Below the pieces are notes generated by a model. That model was not told the DNA's origin and ran no database searches. It saw only the letters and a program-made list of their open reading frames with translations. Below are positions 26,401 to 39,081 of a stretch of 64,000 nucleotides of DNA, one piece after another; position 1 is the stretch's first letter; each line of letters starts with the position of its first letter. The stretch is taken from the NCBI RefSeq assembly GCF_052425735.1, contig NC_135761.1, positions 62,434,001 to 62,498,000 of the forward strand, read 5' to 3'. The DNA is from Oculina patagonica (Eukaryota). The position numbers and the translations under genes were made by a program.

Positions 26401-29400
26401 ATTATGGAAAGATGTTTCCTCGTTTTGCCGGGCCTTTAGTTTCAAAGCAAGCTAAACAAATGTAAAAAAAAACTCATATCACATCAGTTTGGGAGAATAC
26501 GATTTAATCAAATCAAGACGTCTTTCATTTTATGATTATGAACTTCCGTATTCTCATTACCAACTGAGTTATATCTCATATAACACGGTTTAGAGGAGTC
26601 AGCTACTAATCGCGTAATGCATGCATGAAACGTGTGGGTTAATTTTGTTAGTGACGTCATTATTTTCAAAATAGGAAATGATGTGGGTGTGTTGTTTAGT
26701 TCAACTACGTTAAAAAAATAAATTCACAAAGGTGAAGCTGATAAAATCTTGATTGTACACAACCAAATGTTGGCACCCACATTCGTTTTCCATTATTGGA
26801 ATTTTCCATGTGATTTTACATGTTAAAGGGATTGTGTCACGGCTGAGTTAAGTTTATTTCATTAAGTTTTGCCAAATACTCGCTATGAAACGTAATGCTT
26901 GCAAAGAAATTACTTCTATGGACCGAAATGACAAAACCATAGCTTCATTGCATCCAAATGTGTCTCCTGAGCGTAATAATTTAAGGTAACAAGCAAACGA
27001 GATTAACTTTGAAAACTGTTCTTCAGCCCAACAATATTTCAAAAACCCATATCGCATCCGTTTCAATCTTCGTCAATTTTGCCCATCCGTACTTCCTTTT
27101 GTAGTTGCTGTGTCATTGAAATGTTCCTTCGCTGTTTCAAAGAGTTGTTTTGATATTCCACCGAAATTTATCGGCATTTCCTATCCCTAAATCCGTGACA
27201 CAGTCCCTTTAAAGTAGGTTGAATCTTTGCTGCAAAAGCTTATGCATATCTTTCTTAATGGTAGGACCCATAAAAGCTGGTATACAGCATTTTTAGTCAG
27301 TACATTCCTACGTTAAATATTAACTTATTGGCCGTTTTTTATCTTTCTGATATGCGGCATTCTAATACTGTGACAAAACGACTTGATTCGTGACTTAACT
27401 TAGCCCGGGTTCGTAGCTATAAATGCTCAACGGTTGATTCAATAACGGGCAATATTAACTGATGGGTATACATGCTCTGATAAAAAACGCGCATAAATCA
27501 ATCATTTCATAATGCTAAATTGTACAGCAAGACACTAGTCCGATATCAACACAAGCAAATGTCACCATGTTCCATTTAGAACATCTTAGCTTATTTTTTT
27601 TTTCTAAAAACAAAAAGAAAAATGTACTGAATTTACAACATATTTACTGCAACTTTTGAGGCTAGCCCTTTGGGGGTACATTTTCATGCGGTGTTTTAGA
27701 AATCACTTCACCCGCATTTTAGCTCTAACTAAAAACCAAACGGCGTTACACTAAACCTAATATTAAAATAAAATATGTCTTAACCGTATCGGGAAATGAG
27801 TAAAGACCATTAATTACCTTAATCTTGTTTTGTTGCAAGTGGCAGGCAGGACGAAATTCTTGTTGCCCTCGTTAAGCCTCTCCGTGCTCTTCCCAAAAAA
27901 TCTCTACTTAGCTTTTACAATTTTGCCGTCTTATAAGACGCCCTCTTTACAAACATCTGTTGGTGCTATGAGCCTAAGGGGTCTAAGTGACAAAGCCCTT
28001 ATTAAAATGAAACAACGTGGGCTTCTGTTTGTGCCTAGTAACCTATTGTTCTTACAGAGCTCTTTCTGGGCCTTGTAAGTGCAGCATACAAGACAAAATG
28101 CAATATCGTAGTACCTGCATATCTATAATGTCTTCAGTGTCTCGGCCTTCCAGTTTTTGTTTAACTGTTAATCTTTCAGGCTCACAAGAGCCATCAGCCA
28201 TTGTTTATCTCGAATCTTTAGAATATCAGCAATACTACCTGCTAAGACCTTTTTCAACAAAGAAAATTATTCTAAAACGTCTTACTGTGAATAATTTTCC
28301 TTATATAATGCAGTCTTTATCGCGGCTAAGGTTCTTTTCAAATCGCGATAAAAATGTCCTCATTTCGTATTTATCAATGCTGCAAGATTCAGACTTTTTT
28401 AAAAAGATCTCTAGACCTCTGGTTAGGTTTCCGATGGGTTTGATTTCCTTTATAGCGGCCAACCATTAAAAAAATCCTATGATCTCGCAGCATTGATAAA
28501 TTCAAACTAAAGATCATCGCGATTTGAAAAAAGAACCATGATATTGCACTTCAAAACTGGTTAAATATTAACTTTAGTAAGTAAAAGACAACCTGTCATC
28601 TGATTGCATACGACAGCTAGTCATAACAGGGTCCCGTGGGTGTGGAGAATATACAGGGCAGAATTATTTTGTACGCAACATCCTTGGGTACCAACGTTAC
28701 GGCTGGCGTAAAATCAACCATAGTCTGCTTCAATGAAGAATTGAAAACGCGATTTTGCAGTGACTGCTTATCTTACATGGAGCGTAAAGATGTAAAGCCA
28801 ACATATAAGGATCATTGTAGAGCCTTTTGAAAGGACATGGAGTGACATATTGAAATAATTTATATGCTTTTAAGGAACGCCATACTGAAGAACCTTTAAG
28901 CAACTAATTCGTGTTTAACTGGACGAGGACTTTACAAATAAGACCATTATCCATTTTTACGCGGTTTTTCAGTCCAAGCATATACGTGCTTTGGAAAGGA
29001 CAATGGAAACCCCCTTAGGAAGATCCTCGTGTTGACAAGTATTCACTTTTGTTTAAAAAGATACAGAAGACCCGCATTCAATTAAAAGCGAGGTGTTATA
29101 TTTTCCATCTGTCTTTGGCTGCCCTTGTGCTGGCAGAAAGCACTCTTTCCATTACGTTAGGTAAAATTGTACCACTTAGTTGAAAGTCAAGTGCTTGATA
29201 AAAAGAAGATTTTTTATAAAGAAATATTTAGGCAGATCGAGAGATTCTTGGCGTCACAAAACAAAAAGGTCGAAAAGCTTAACTGCTCCTAACAAAAACA
29301 GCTGAATTTGAAGTTATTTAAAACAGAGAGTTTAAAAACAATTTCAGAGAAATGAGCAAAGCAATTATCAGAAAATAATTACCCGAAAATGACGACCTAC

Positions 29401-32400
29401 ATTTATACTAACAGATGTTTATTTAGTCAGTTAAAGACGAATTAGATTTAATTTTTCTTTTCTTTAAACCGTACGACGAACGACCAGTTAATTGAAATTG
29501 AAATCTAAACCGAAATAAATTGCGCGCGGCAACCTCACAAAATTGGAATAAGCCGTACCGAAGTTTATTTTAATCATTTGCTTTGTGTAAATAAGTCTTA
29601 AATAACGTTTTTGTTTTAGGATTTTTATATCGTTATATATTCTAAGTCTTTAGATAAGCCGGCGATCTCAAAGAAATATCGTTGAAACCACCGCTTTCAG
29701 GATACAACAAAAAATGGTACGATTTAGAATAAAATAATGGGAATTTTCAAAAGGGGGTGAAATTCCTAGGATGAAGTATAATTATAAACGCAACAAAACT
29801 GGCAAATGATCTTTTGGTAACACGCAAAGAGAATTTATTCTTAACAAAAAACAGGTAGAACGAAACACAAAAGAATTTAATAACCACCTGTCATAAGTAA
29901 TTTATTCACCAGAAAACTTATTATATTTTCTGAATGAAAGAGAAAATTGTATTTCGCGAAAAACATAAGCAAAAGGCGAAGCACAATTAAAGCATAAAAC
30001 CGAAATACTGCGACATGCGGCGCCTTTTTTCGCGAACGATTTCAAAAACCCTGAAGAGTTCTTAATTTTGTTCTCGTTTATGCGGAGAGGTTTATTTTAA
30101 AAAGAGCAGTTTTGTCGGTTCGGCCAAGATTATTGTGTTCTTGTCTGAAGGCTGAATAAATATTTGCCAACTCACACAGGAAAAACACAGAATAATTAAA
30201 AAGATTATGATCTTAACAGTAAATATTCATGTTAGCTATCGTAAAGTTTGTACACCTTGGTTTGTCCCTCTGTGCTATTAAAAGAGATTTAAATTTCTCT
30301 CCGCATTGCCGAAAATTACAATTTTAACAGATACACGTGTAAAACACAAGATTATTGTGTTAGCAGATTTTTAAGCGAAGTTTAAGTCATATTAAAAAGG
30401 AACGTTTATGTATTTTAGTTTTAGAAATTATCAGTGATCTAAAACACGGTTAAACAAGTTTTGTAGATGAAGCAAGAAAGAAGATGGGAGAAGTTTTATT
30501 TTCCTAATATATAAATCCTAGCAAAATATTAAAATTCTTGCACTTAATTACGTTTTCTGATCGAAAAGCCAGAATTTTGAGTGTAACCAATTTCTCCAGA
30601 CTGTTGTGAGTTAAATTTGATGTGACTTTTAATGCTGCAGTGTAAAACGTTGTAAGGATTTAAGGCACATGTTATTTAGCCTTAAAAACTGCGGGTGATG
30701 GTCTTTCACAATCAAACTGGCAGCTGTGTTTGAATGGTTTGTGAAATTTTGTGACTTCTTAAACAACATCATGACTCTTGATGAGTCAGAGATAAGATTT
30801 GGATCCATAAAAATATATAATTCTAAAAATATTATTGTAAGAGCTTGTAAGTGAAAAATCATTCTATCTGCCTCGCTCTGTACTTATCAGAATTTTTTAC
30901 TCAAGGAGTCAATTAACAAGACTTTTGTTCTCCTCCCATATAGCAGCTTTTAGGGTATTTTTGATTAGCATAATATAACTCTGGAAAGAGAATTAAAAGA
31001 GCGTGAAGTAAAAAATTCTCAGACGTTTTCCTTTTACTTTCATTCATATGTGGTCATTTCTCTTCCTAAAGGGAAAACCGTTTGAGTAAGGAACCTTTCT
31101 CTACACTGATTTCTTATAAAACCTGCTTAAAGGTCATATTTTTTAATTTGAACATGTTCCATGTAAGTTAAAATTGTATTTGAAAGGACAAAAATACATC
31201 AACATCCGTATCTATATTTCACACCTAAAAAAATGATTCTACGCCTCGCATGTCGACTACAACGAAGTTGTATCGAAGTTGTTTGTACATCAGTCAGTTA
31301 AAAGAGATCATTTTAGTTAGCTAGCTAGAAGCATTTATATTTCCCGAAATGAGGAAAAATTGATAAAATAATTAAAAGAGGTATTGCAAGGAGAAAAGGA
31401 CTTGTTTTTAACCCTCTCAAATCACAATTTTCCTTATTGTCTACCATCGATTTCTTCAAAAGTTTGTTCAGAGAATTTCGTGTTTAATCCTTATTATATT
31501 CCCTAGTTTATTATTTTTATTATCAACCTTGATAACTGCTTGGCAACGCACATCGAGGAGAAATCAAACACTCGTCACTCTAAATGAGAGGCTTAAAAAA
31601 TCATCCATATTTGTACATCCACGATTGGGCAAATTCCAAGCCGGCTAATACATTACTTTTGAGGCTGCTCGATTAAAATGAAAGAAAGCGAAGTAAGAAC
31701 ATCTTCGTATGATCTCTTCAACGCTGCAGTCGAGAAAGATAATACATTACTTTATAATACATTACTTTTGAGGCTGCTCGATTAAAATGAAAGAAAGCGA
31801 ACTAAGAACATCTTCGTATGATCTCTTCAACGCTGCAGTCGAGAAAGATCCCTTGCGTTTTAAGAAAGGACAGAGCAAACATTACCCACATCATTTTTGT
31901 CATATACGTTGCTTAAGGCAATAGTGCCGTCGAAACGAACTCGTCCTACTGAATTCCGTGACAATAATGCTTAAACCTTCCCTTTTATTTTATCAAATAA
32001 ATCTCTATTCACAAAGGCCACCCTGAGCCAGAGTTACTGAACTGTTTTTTGTTGACAGGTGACCGAGACGTTCCTTATTTCGGTGGATCACGAAATCTCC
32101 TGTGCAGAGAAGTGGCTGCTAGTGGAAGTTCGACTGTATGCTCGCACTCTGCCGGTTTTTTTTTTTTTTTTTTGCAACAGAATAAAGTGCTAGAGTTTTT
32201 GCAACCCAAATCTAGCCAACTGCTTTCAAATTTAAAAGAAAACAATTAAAAAATTCAAAGCTTTATCTGTGCACACTTATACTCATTTTAATCCTTTACT
32301 CATTCTGTGTTCATGGTAAAGTCTGTGTCCGGCCTAGGTTAAGCCGGAGTTTCCCGGTTTGTTTTGGGTATTTTCTCCCCCTGTTTCCCCTTTTTTTGGG

Positions 32401-35400
32401 GGTAAAAAAAACACCCCCCCCCCCCCCCCCCCCCCCGGGGGGGCCCAAAACCCCCCCCCCCCCCCCCCTGCACTCATTTTACTCCTGGTGACCGCTATGC
32501 TGGGAACAAGAAGCGACGCTCACGAGGTCTAAAAATCTCTCCAAATCTCATGGAGAGATTGGTTTCTCGACGATTGGTTTCTCGACGAGAGTTTTCGCCT
32601 GTTTAACAAGCCGATATGCTAACTTTCGCTTGCTCAGTGTTAAATTAAAAAAAATAAATTCTCGCATGCTGCCTTGCATGTTAACCGCGTGCTTATGCTC
32701 GTTGATAACAGTTCAGTGAAAAGACTTCAGACCTCAACACTTGGCGACTCTTCTTTGATCTGTTCTGTAGTCATCCCCTTTGAATAATAGCTTCTTATCG
32801 ATTTTTGAATACTTATTCTACGAAATCAAATCGTTACTATTAGCCTCCACGATGCGTATGTTTTTTATTGTTTTAATGCTCACATTTCCAATAAATTATG
32901 CGGCAATTTAATTCCATGTGACAGTCAAAGCAGGACTAGACATTCTGGAACCGTACAACACGAAAGAATTCAAAATTACAGTGCGATAGGAAGTCGATCA
33001 GACAAGAGGACAAAAGGAAATACATGAATCACGGTGAAAAAATATGCTCGCCTTTCCAACATGATTATGTTACAATTAAATTCCATGTGGTACAGGCATG
33101 CAGAGCATACTAAAGTTTGAGTAGCGGGAAAAAAAGCCAAGACAAAGAAAAATTTAAAAAAACGTATGCAAAAATTTGCCAAGCAAAACAATCAATGTTT
33201 CGACAGCAGTGTATACTTCACATGGTATGACTAAAATTCCATTGTCTATAAAAATTCTGTGTGGAGAGCCTTGGCTACGCAAACATTGAAGCTTCTGCAG
33301 TTTTCCAACGAAACTTGCGAGATTTTTCTCTGAGGGGCTCTTAAAAAGTAGGCATTATAACGACACCGTTTTGGCACGGTTAACATCTATGAGAACATAC
33401 ATAGAAACATAACAAGGAAAATACAAGGAAGCACCGCAATTTAACAAAAGCATACCCGCAATGATAAACAGAGAAGTCTTATAAAAAAACCGATGACATT
33501 TTGAACAGTTAGATCAACAAAGCAGCTATTTGTTGAAGGAAAAATTGTCCGAAACTACTACTACAGAGAGAAGAGGTTTTCATCAATTTACTATGAAAGA
33601 AGGAAATGGATCGCAGCAAATTCCCTATTCTCACATTATAAACTACCACAAACAAAGCTGATAGAGTCATTAGAAAATTCGTAAAGGGCTTATTTGTACA
33701 ATTCTATGTTCGGGTGGAAGCCATAGCGAAGCGGAAGTCATAAAAACCGATCAGTGTAACTCATAAATAGCTTGCAGAAAAGATGAATTTTCATTATACA
33801 AATCACGAAGAAATTTGTGTTTGTGTTTTGCGGGCGTATACATTTAACAAAGATATAGCTCTCGGAAGCGGAAAGATCCACAATAATAATTAAGCGGCAC
33901 TAGGATCGGGAAAGAGATAAACACGCTACCAAATTTTATGTTAAGCCCAGAACGAAATAGTGTTTGTTGATCAGAACTAGTTAACGGGAAGATCTATAGT
34001 TAACCACCGCCATCGGCTAAATTAAAAATCACTATCTTTAAGGTCTCAATTGCATATTACTAGCTCATCTAAAGGAAACCTTTCTTGAAGCGAAACCAAG
34101 TTGCCACTTTTTTTTCTGTCAAAAATGAAGCGGTGAAACGAACATCGACCATTGCGTATTCGACAGCTGCAGAATATAATTTATTTCCAAACCGTGCAGA
34201 CGGGCTCGAAACAGTCAACGCCAAAAAGATCTCTATCGCTGATAAACCCCTTTTATAGCACTACCCTTTTTACTTTTATAGCCCTAAACGACAAATTATG
34301 CCGGCGATCAGAAACTTCAAAATGACAAAACAGAAAACTACTCTTGATGTCGAGAGGAACAAAATGCATTTAAATCGATTCTAGCTTCCTCTTGTTCTAT
34401 CAGTCGTGTCGAACAATAACTTTAAAACACTTTTAAATTAGCATTTAAAATCCATCCGACATTTTCGGCAATAAGTAGGTACTTTAACTCAGGGTAAAAA
34501 CAAAACCATTTTTAACGAGATCTTTAAGACAAATAATTGTGATTTAGTTTAGTTCTGTGAACGCGTGCTTGTATCAAAAATCAGGGTTTTAAAAATTAAA
34601 AACTGTATTCGTTATTCTAATCAGCAATTTATTCGTAATTAATAGCAAGTCCTGCCGTAGTAATATGTTATTATTGTCAGGATTTAAAGCTTTTCGACAG
34701 TATGTCAGCAAGTTGCCTTTTTTAACGCTGTGACTTGTCACTGAAACTCAAAACTTCAGAGCGATGAAAACTCGTCCTTCTTGTGAAATAAACTGTTCGC
34801 AGTAGTAAGAACACTCTTACTTCAACAAAAGAAAAATTATAACCTTGCTTCGATACAGAACAATGCCGGGCTCCTATTAAATTGTTATTCTAAGACTATG
34901 GAGGAGTATAATATCGGTGTTTTTTTTCTTTTATTCATTGTGTACAACAACGATGGGCGAAATGTTTTCGCTATTTTTCTTGCTTCGAATTTTGAATACG
35001 AAAATATCTCTTTTACTGACTCTGGCACTTTTACTGACGCTGTTACTTTTGATTAAATCGGCTGGTTTTTTTTTAAATTGGTGATAAAATATTTTACTTT
35101 CCTAGAATTTTCTCTCAGCGTGTTAGCACTGTGGAACGTTGTTTTTGAAATTAAAAATAGACAGTCGCGGCGAAGAAGAAATTGCTGTATTCTCGCGAGA
35201 CATTCAGTGCTTATAAATGTGTTAACATGACACAATATTTATAAATTTCCGAGAAACTCATTTTACCAGCTAGGGGACTAATTACCACATCCTAAATCAC
35301 TGATCAGGGAACAGTGATTGAAAATGTTTTAACTAAGTTACCTTTGGGTTTGTATTGCTTGACGTCTTCTGCAGTAAACTCATCATCAGTCTCTTCTTCA

Positions 35401-35513
35401 CAATACGACTTGCGAGAACAAACCCTTCTTGGCCGATCAACGTAAGTCTCCGCGTGGGTCACACTTTGCTTCGAAAGTGTTTGAATTGTCTTTGAGGCCA
35501 TCGCTTCTCGCAT
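11499..35513 (-). CDS. RFX6: RFX6-like (RFX4/6/8 group) winged-helix transcription factor, about 832 aa, 17 coding exons
   Basis: Exons in transcript order: 35342-35513, 20953-21028, 18480-18603, 18191-18252, 17592-17669, 17452-17482, 17090-17197, 16485-16562, 15962-16075, 15579-15628, 15316-15416, 15062-15120, 14631-14769, 14016-14110, 13369-13489, 12954-13073, 11499-12469 (2499 nt, all GT-AG, phases consistent). DNA-binding domain [33 protein letters not shown]...[35 protein letters not shown]6-like segments [48 protein letters not shown]; dimerisation domain [26 protein letters not shown]; long Pro/Asn-rich tail. Exon 1 rests only on ATG, donor, phase and a TATA box, so it is less certain. 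Confidence 0.88.
12546..12640 (+). mobile_element. Degenerate tRNA-derived SINE head (second family) in RFX intron
   Basis: GTAGCTCAGTGGTTAGAG A-box and degenerate B-box GGGTCAAGTCCC, followed by non-tRNA sequence; no convincing acceptor stem. Confidence 0.55.
13198..13259 (-). mobile_element. SINE 3' fragment
   Basis: AGCCTAGTGGCCCATGAGACCGGAGGTTATC...AGCATGAAACGACTAGG matches the tail of 98-438. Confidence 0.7.
14182..14408. mobile_element. MITE with GTTTACACG termini (Harbinger-like), diverged
   Basis: AGGTTATGTTTACACGGGAG ... TCCCGTGTAAACGCATGCT inverted ends; internal GGATCC/GGACCGG subrepeats. Confidence 0.6.
14851..14983 (-). mobile_element. 5'-truncated SINE copy
   Basis: GGTAGGTAGGTAAAAGTCTGCGTTCGAGCCTAGTGGCCCATTAGGCCGGAGCTTATCC...GGATGCTAGTCCATCGCAGGGTT matches the 3' half of 98-438. 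Confidence 0.85.
16232..16400. mobile_element. Young palindromic Tc1/mariner-type MITE (169 bp) in RFX intron
   Basis: TA at 16230-16231 and 16401-16402; CAG..CTG termini; about 70-bp near-perfect arms (CAGCAAGGCGCCCAAA...AATCCAATCA). Confidence 0.9.
19525..20235 (+). repeat. Diverged tandem duplication, unit about 330-340 bp, in RFX intron 2
   Basis: Shared blocks AAAACGTAGCGAAGAAATTGT (~19695/~20035) and TTTAACTCGAGTATATTAAGAAGTT (~19810/~20155). Confidence 0.8.
24040..24064 (-). CDS. Candidate alternative first coding exon of the RFX gene (MMHAFQGL)
   Basis: GAAAAATGATGCACGCTTTTCAAGGGCTAG|GTAAGTAAGT: consensus donor, phase 1 matching exon 20953-21028; TATAAAT on the minus strand at ~24160-24166. 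Confidence 0.4.
26196..26437. mobile_element. MITE with GGAAACAT/ATGTTTCC subrepeats
   Basis: AAGGATTGGCAAAGCGAGGAAAGAT ... ATGTTTCCTCGTTTTGCCGGGCCTT inverted termini. Confidence 0.7.
26827..27208. mobile_element. Kolobok-like non-autonomous element
   Basis: TTAA at 26823-26826 and 27209-27212; TIR AGGGATTGTGTCACGG / CCGTGACACAGTCCCT. Confidence 0.8.
28330..28537. repeat. Old inverted repeat (decayed MITE)
   Basis: TTTTCAAATCGCGAT...ATTTATCAATGCTGC mirrored by GCAGCATTGATAAAT...ATCGCGATTTGAAAA. Confidence 0.6.
31647..31849 (+). repeat. Recent 94-bp tandem duplication with a 13-bp aborted copy between the units
   Basis: 31647-31740 and 31756-31849 differ at one base; spacer is AATACATTACTTT plus AT. 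Confidence 0.95.
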
Positions 35514-35590
35514 AAATTCACGACTATTTAAATCGCGCTGGAAAACTCCGCGATTTTTTTCCCTCTCTCTCTCTCCCCGTAAAGTGTTGG

Positions 35591-35795
35591 TTATATACCC
35601 CGCCGCTAAAGGCCTTTAAGAAATAAGAAATTTCCGGACTGGTTAATAACTGAGATTCGTGCCGTCAGCAGGTGCAAATATCCCCCACTTTCCAAGTTTT
35701 GTGATCAAGGGTAGAAAGTCGCCTTTATGAATAATACAAAATTGAAACAAAGCGAAGTCAATGCAGTTGCTCGAGAACGACATGTGATTGGTCAG
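35591..35795 (-). promoter_or_regulatory. Putative RFX6 core promoter (TATA and CCAAT)
   Basis: Minus-strand GGGGTATATAA (35591-35601), about 80 nt upstream of the ATG at 35513; TGACCAATCACATG at ~35781-35794. Confidence 0.5.
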
Positions 35796-38679
35796 TTTTG
35801 ACAACAGCCGTAGAGACTTGCCACGCTCATATAAAACCATCAGTAAAGTTTTAATTGATAAATATTCCCATTGTAGCTTTGTAAACACGTCGCTTAAATT
35901 ATTCAGCATATAATTTCGCCCCGAGCTAGACCATCTACTAAGTCATCATGGACTTGTAAATTTATCATACAAGGCAAGGTTAAAAAAGTGATTTTTGTTC
36001 GCGGTATTGCACTCTAGGGTGATAAACCGCCCGCCTTTTAGAAGTATTTAATGACAACAAAAGCGGCCAATTTTGCGTTTATTGTCTGCTTGAGTATAAA
36101 CGAAGCTGAAAAATTCGATCATTTGTGAGTCGAAAGAAAAGCACAAAAGCCAGCTAGTTTAAATTCAACCGCAGAATTAATAGGACAGGTATAACGTACA
36201 GGTGTTTGGCGCTTAATGGCTCGCTTGGTCCCCAATATATTCAGCGTAATTTTGTTACACGGCATTTTTAGACGTGTAAAATTCAGAAGTCTTCTCGATC
36301 GTTTTAGTCACTTTTTCCTGACGTTTATACGAGTTCTTATCAAAATTTCATTTTAATTGCATTAAAAAGCTTATTCATCTTAGCTTCCTTTTGTATCCAC
36401 AAATGAACTTAAGTCGACGGAAAAAAACGGTCCGTACGTATAGACTTAAATGGCTTTTACTTTTATTTTTCTCGCAAATTAAGCGACGTTTAAAACTTTC
36501 CCAAGAGTTAGGGTTGTGTTTGGTCGGAAAATAATGTCACTATATTTATAAATAATTAGATTAATGGTAGAACGTCATTTCAAGTAGCCGGGTAAGGCGA
36601 CGACAATAACAACACCGCGAACTTTAGCTACTACATATCCTCGATACAATTTAATGACGGATAGCGAAGAATTCGAATAAGACGTAAAGGCTGTGTAAAC
36701 AAAAGGTGGCTGATTAGAATTAAAAGCTACAAACTGTATGCCTGACTGTTTTCCGAAGAACGTGAAGCGCTGACAATTACCGATGATTTATTTCCAATTA
36801 CAGCTGGCAAGTTCCTGTTACAGAAAAACGACAATGCATTGCATAAGCATACTCTTCAAAGAAGACTCTGACTAGCCTTGCATTATGAATTTAATAGCTC
36901 AGTTGTACGGAACACTAGAAGACCGGAATATAACAGAAATAACACAGGGACACGAGTTTCTTTTTCGTTGTTTTAATAAATTTTTTAGTTTGATGTTTTT
37001 TGCTGATTTTTAGCCTGCAAAAGTCCAATTTTCCCATCGTCGATTATCAACAAAGCAAGAAAATGACTTGTGCAGACGGGCTAGATATTTCACGGTGGTA
37101 GATATTTCGTGCTTCTCGTAGTGATAAAGAAGTAATTTGATCCTTGATCTGTCCGTAGACTTTAAAAGCCTTTTAAAACCTGTATCACGGAATCTTGATG
37201 GCATCGTTTCTGAGGTTTAGAATCACTCTAGAAACGAGACTTTCCTGGTGAGAAAACTTCAGTGTAATGGGAAAAAAAGTTTTTCGGTCTTTGCATTATG
37301 AACTTGATTTCGATCGGAAATCTGACCACACAGACCACCATCTAATCCAGGGGGGAGCTATACTCCTAGTCGCTTTATCTATGGAAGTCAACTGGAATTT
37401 AGAACTACAGACACTACTCACGATTCGCCAGGTGATGCACAGGTTTTCATTATCATACCCTTTTGCAAAAACGCTATCCCTATTTTCGTTCCTAACATTC
37501 CCTCCCTCCCGATAAAGATGGGTCGATCGGTCGGTCGATTAAATCAAAGTGCCCGTTGGGCTGTCTCGTGTTACAGATCAGTAAAGTAGCACCCGTTGCT
37601 AACAATCATATAAGCTCAGAAAAACCATCTCCGGATTCTACAATATTAATTCTCAAATTTCATTCTCAAGCATTTGCAACAGCTTGTGCTATACCAGCAT
37701 CGCACCATGTGCCCTTTCTTCACATTCTACTCAAATAGTCAAACCTGTCCAACTGTCCTTCCAAAAACTCAACAAAATCTTCGCAATGATGTTAAGCTTG
37801 GAGCAGACGAGCACAGAATACTTAACGTTACGTTGCTAGTGTAACAGAGACCATACCACAAGCACACAAAACAAAATGCTCTTTTTCATAAACTGAAAGA
37901 TGGCGACTTGAGTTGAAAAAAGAAATTAAGTCTTTGCTAGTCTATGAACAAAGTTTTTTTAAGATTGAAAAATATTTTGCCTGATTGTGGTTTACAGAAC
38001 TTCTGCTGTGATATTGAATCGTTAAAAGAAATCCAGACAGAACTGTTCAACATTTACGCTGCAAACTGAGAACCAGGTACCCAATCGCTATATAAAATGC
38101 AGGCAAGAATTCCATGAGTTGAACAGCAAATAGTTCTTAAGTTAAATGATCGACAGAAAAAAAAATATAAAATAGCTAAGCTGCTTCTTAGAGCTTGCAG
38201 TTGAAATTTTCATCAAATATACACGTGTAGTTCATGAAAAACGTTGCTGTTACTGGAATTTTCCAGCCCGCACTTTAAATGTTTTTATCTCTCCACAGGA
38301 CTAACCATTAGTTCTAACAGAGTCGTTTGTAAAACAGCATAACTCAACAATACACTTTATAATTATATAGATAGATATATCACTGTTGTACAGCAAAGTT
38401 TTGTACAGATAACTAAGGTAACTTTAACTTGTTTAATAGATGGGCTTCCAATATGTAAAAGAAGTGTTCTATATACACCTCTGCACAAACATGTTACCCT
38501 ACCGTTCACTCACCTTGCAACTAAAATTATTCTCAGTGAAAATAAACTAGAACTGTGCATGAAAAGCCCTCAGTCACATATAATAACCTTGATTAAATTA
38601 TTAATTCTCAATACGCTTTTTAGAACTTCCAGCGCAACTTGTTGATACAGGTACCTAATTAGTAAGACATAAGTACACT

Positions 38680-38940
38680 GAACAAAGCAAATTTGTTTCC
38701 CGTTTCGCAGATAACGATATTCGCACTTCCCTTAATGGTTTTATTCTGTATCTACCGCGTATTCAATATACTGCTTTCCTATTATGGCCTGAATGAAGTT
38801 TCAACCTACCAAAACGCAAAATGAGATACCACTTCAATTTTTCTGTTTGCGTGATAACTTCACTTAATATTCTCCTTTTGACACATCATTTGACATACAT
38901 GTATCTGAAAAGTGCTCTGGCGCCAACAACCCTCGACCCG
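38680..38940 (+). repeat. ~260-bp direct repeat, copy A
   Basis: AACAAAGCAAATT...CAGATAACGAT.TCGCACTTCCCTTAAT...ATGAGATACCAC...CAACAACCCTCGACCC recurs at 42232-42490. Confidence 0.9.
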
Positions 38941-39081
38941 ATTGTACACTACCCCCCGACTACCCACTACACAGTATCTTCGACAGATGTTGCCCGAACA
39001 TTCAGTCTTTGTTTAGCAAGAACGTCACCTGACACTACACTTGAAATCTAAAGCCGAAGTGGTGAAAAGCAAAGCAAATTA

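Noticed and set aside
31908-31922. X-box-like palindrome GTTGCTTAAGGCAAT suggesting RFX autoregulation
   Set aside because: Imperfect match, expected by chance in 14 kb; needs conservation or ChIP evidence.
32315-32500. Long poly-C/G/T runs (G-quadruplex-like)
   Set aside because: Reads like a garbled SINE 3' end; most likely low-quality consensus sequence, so no biological claim is made.
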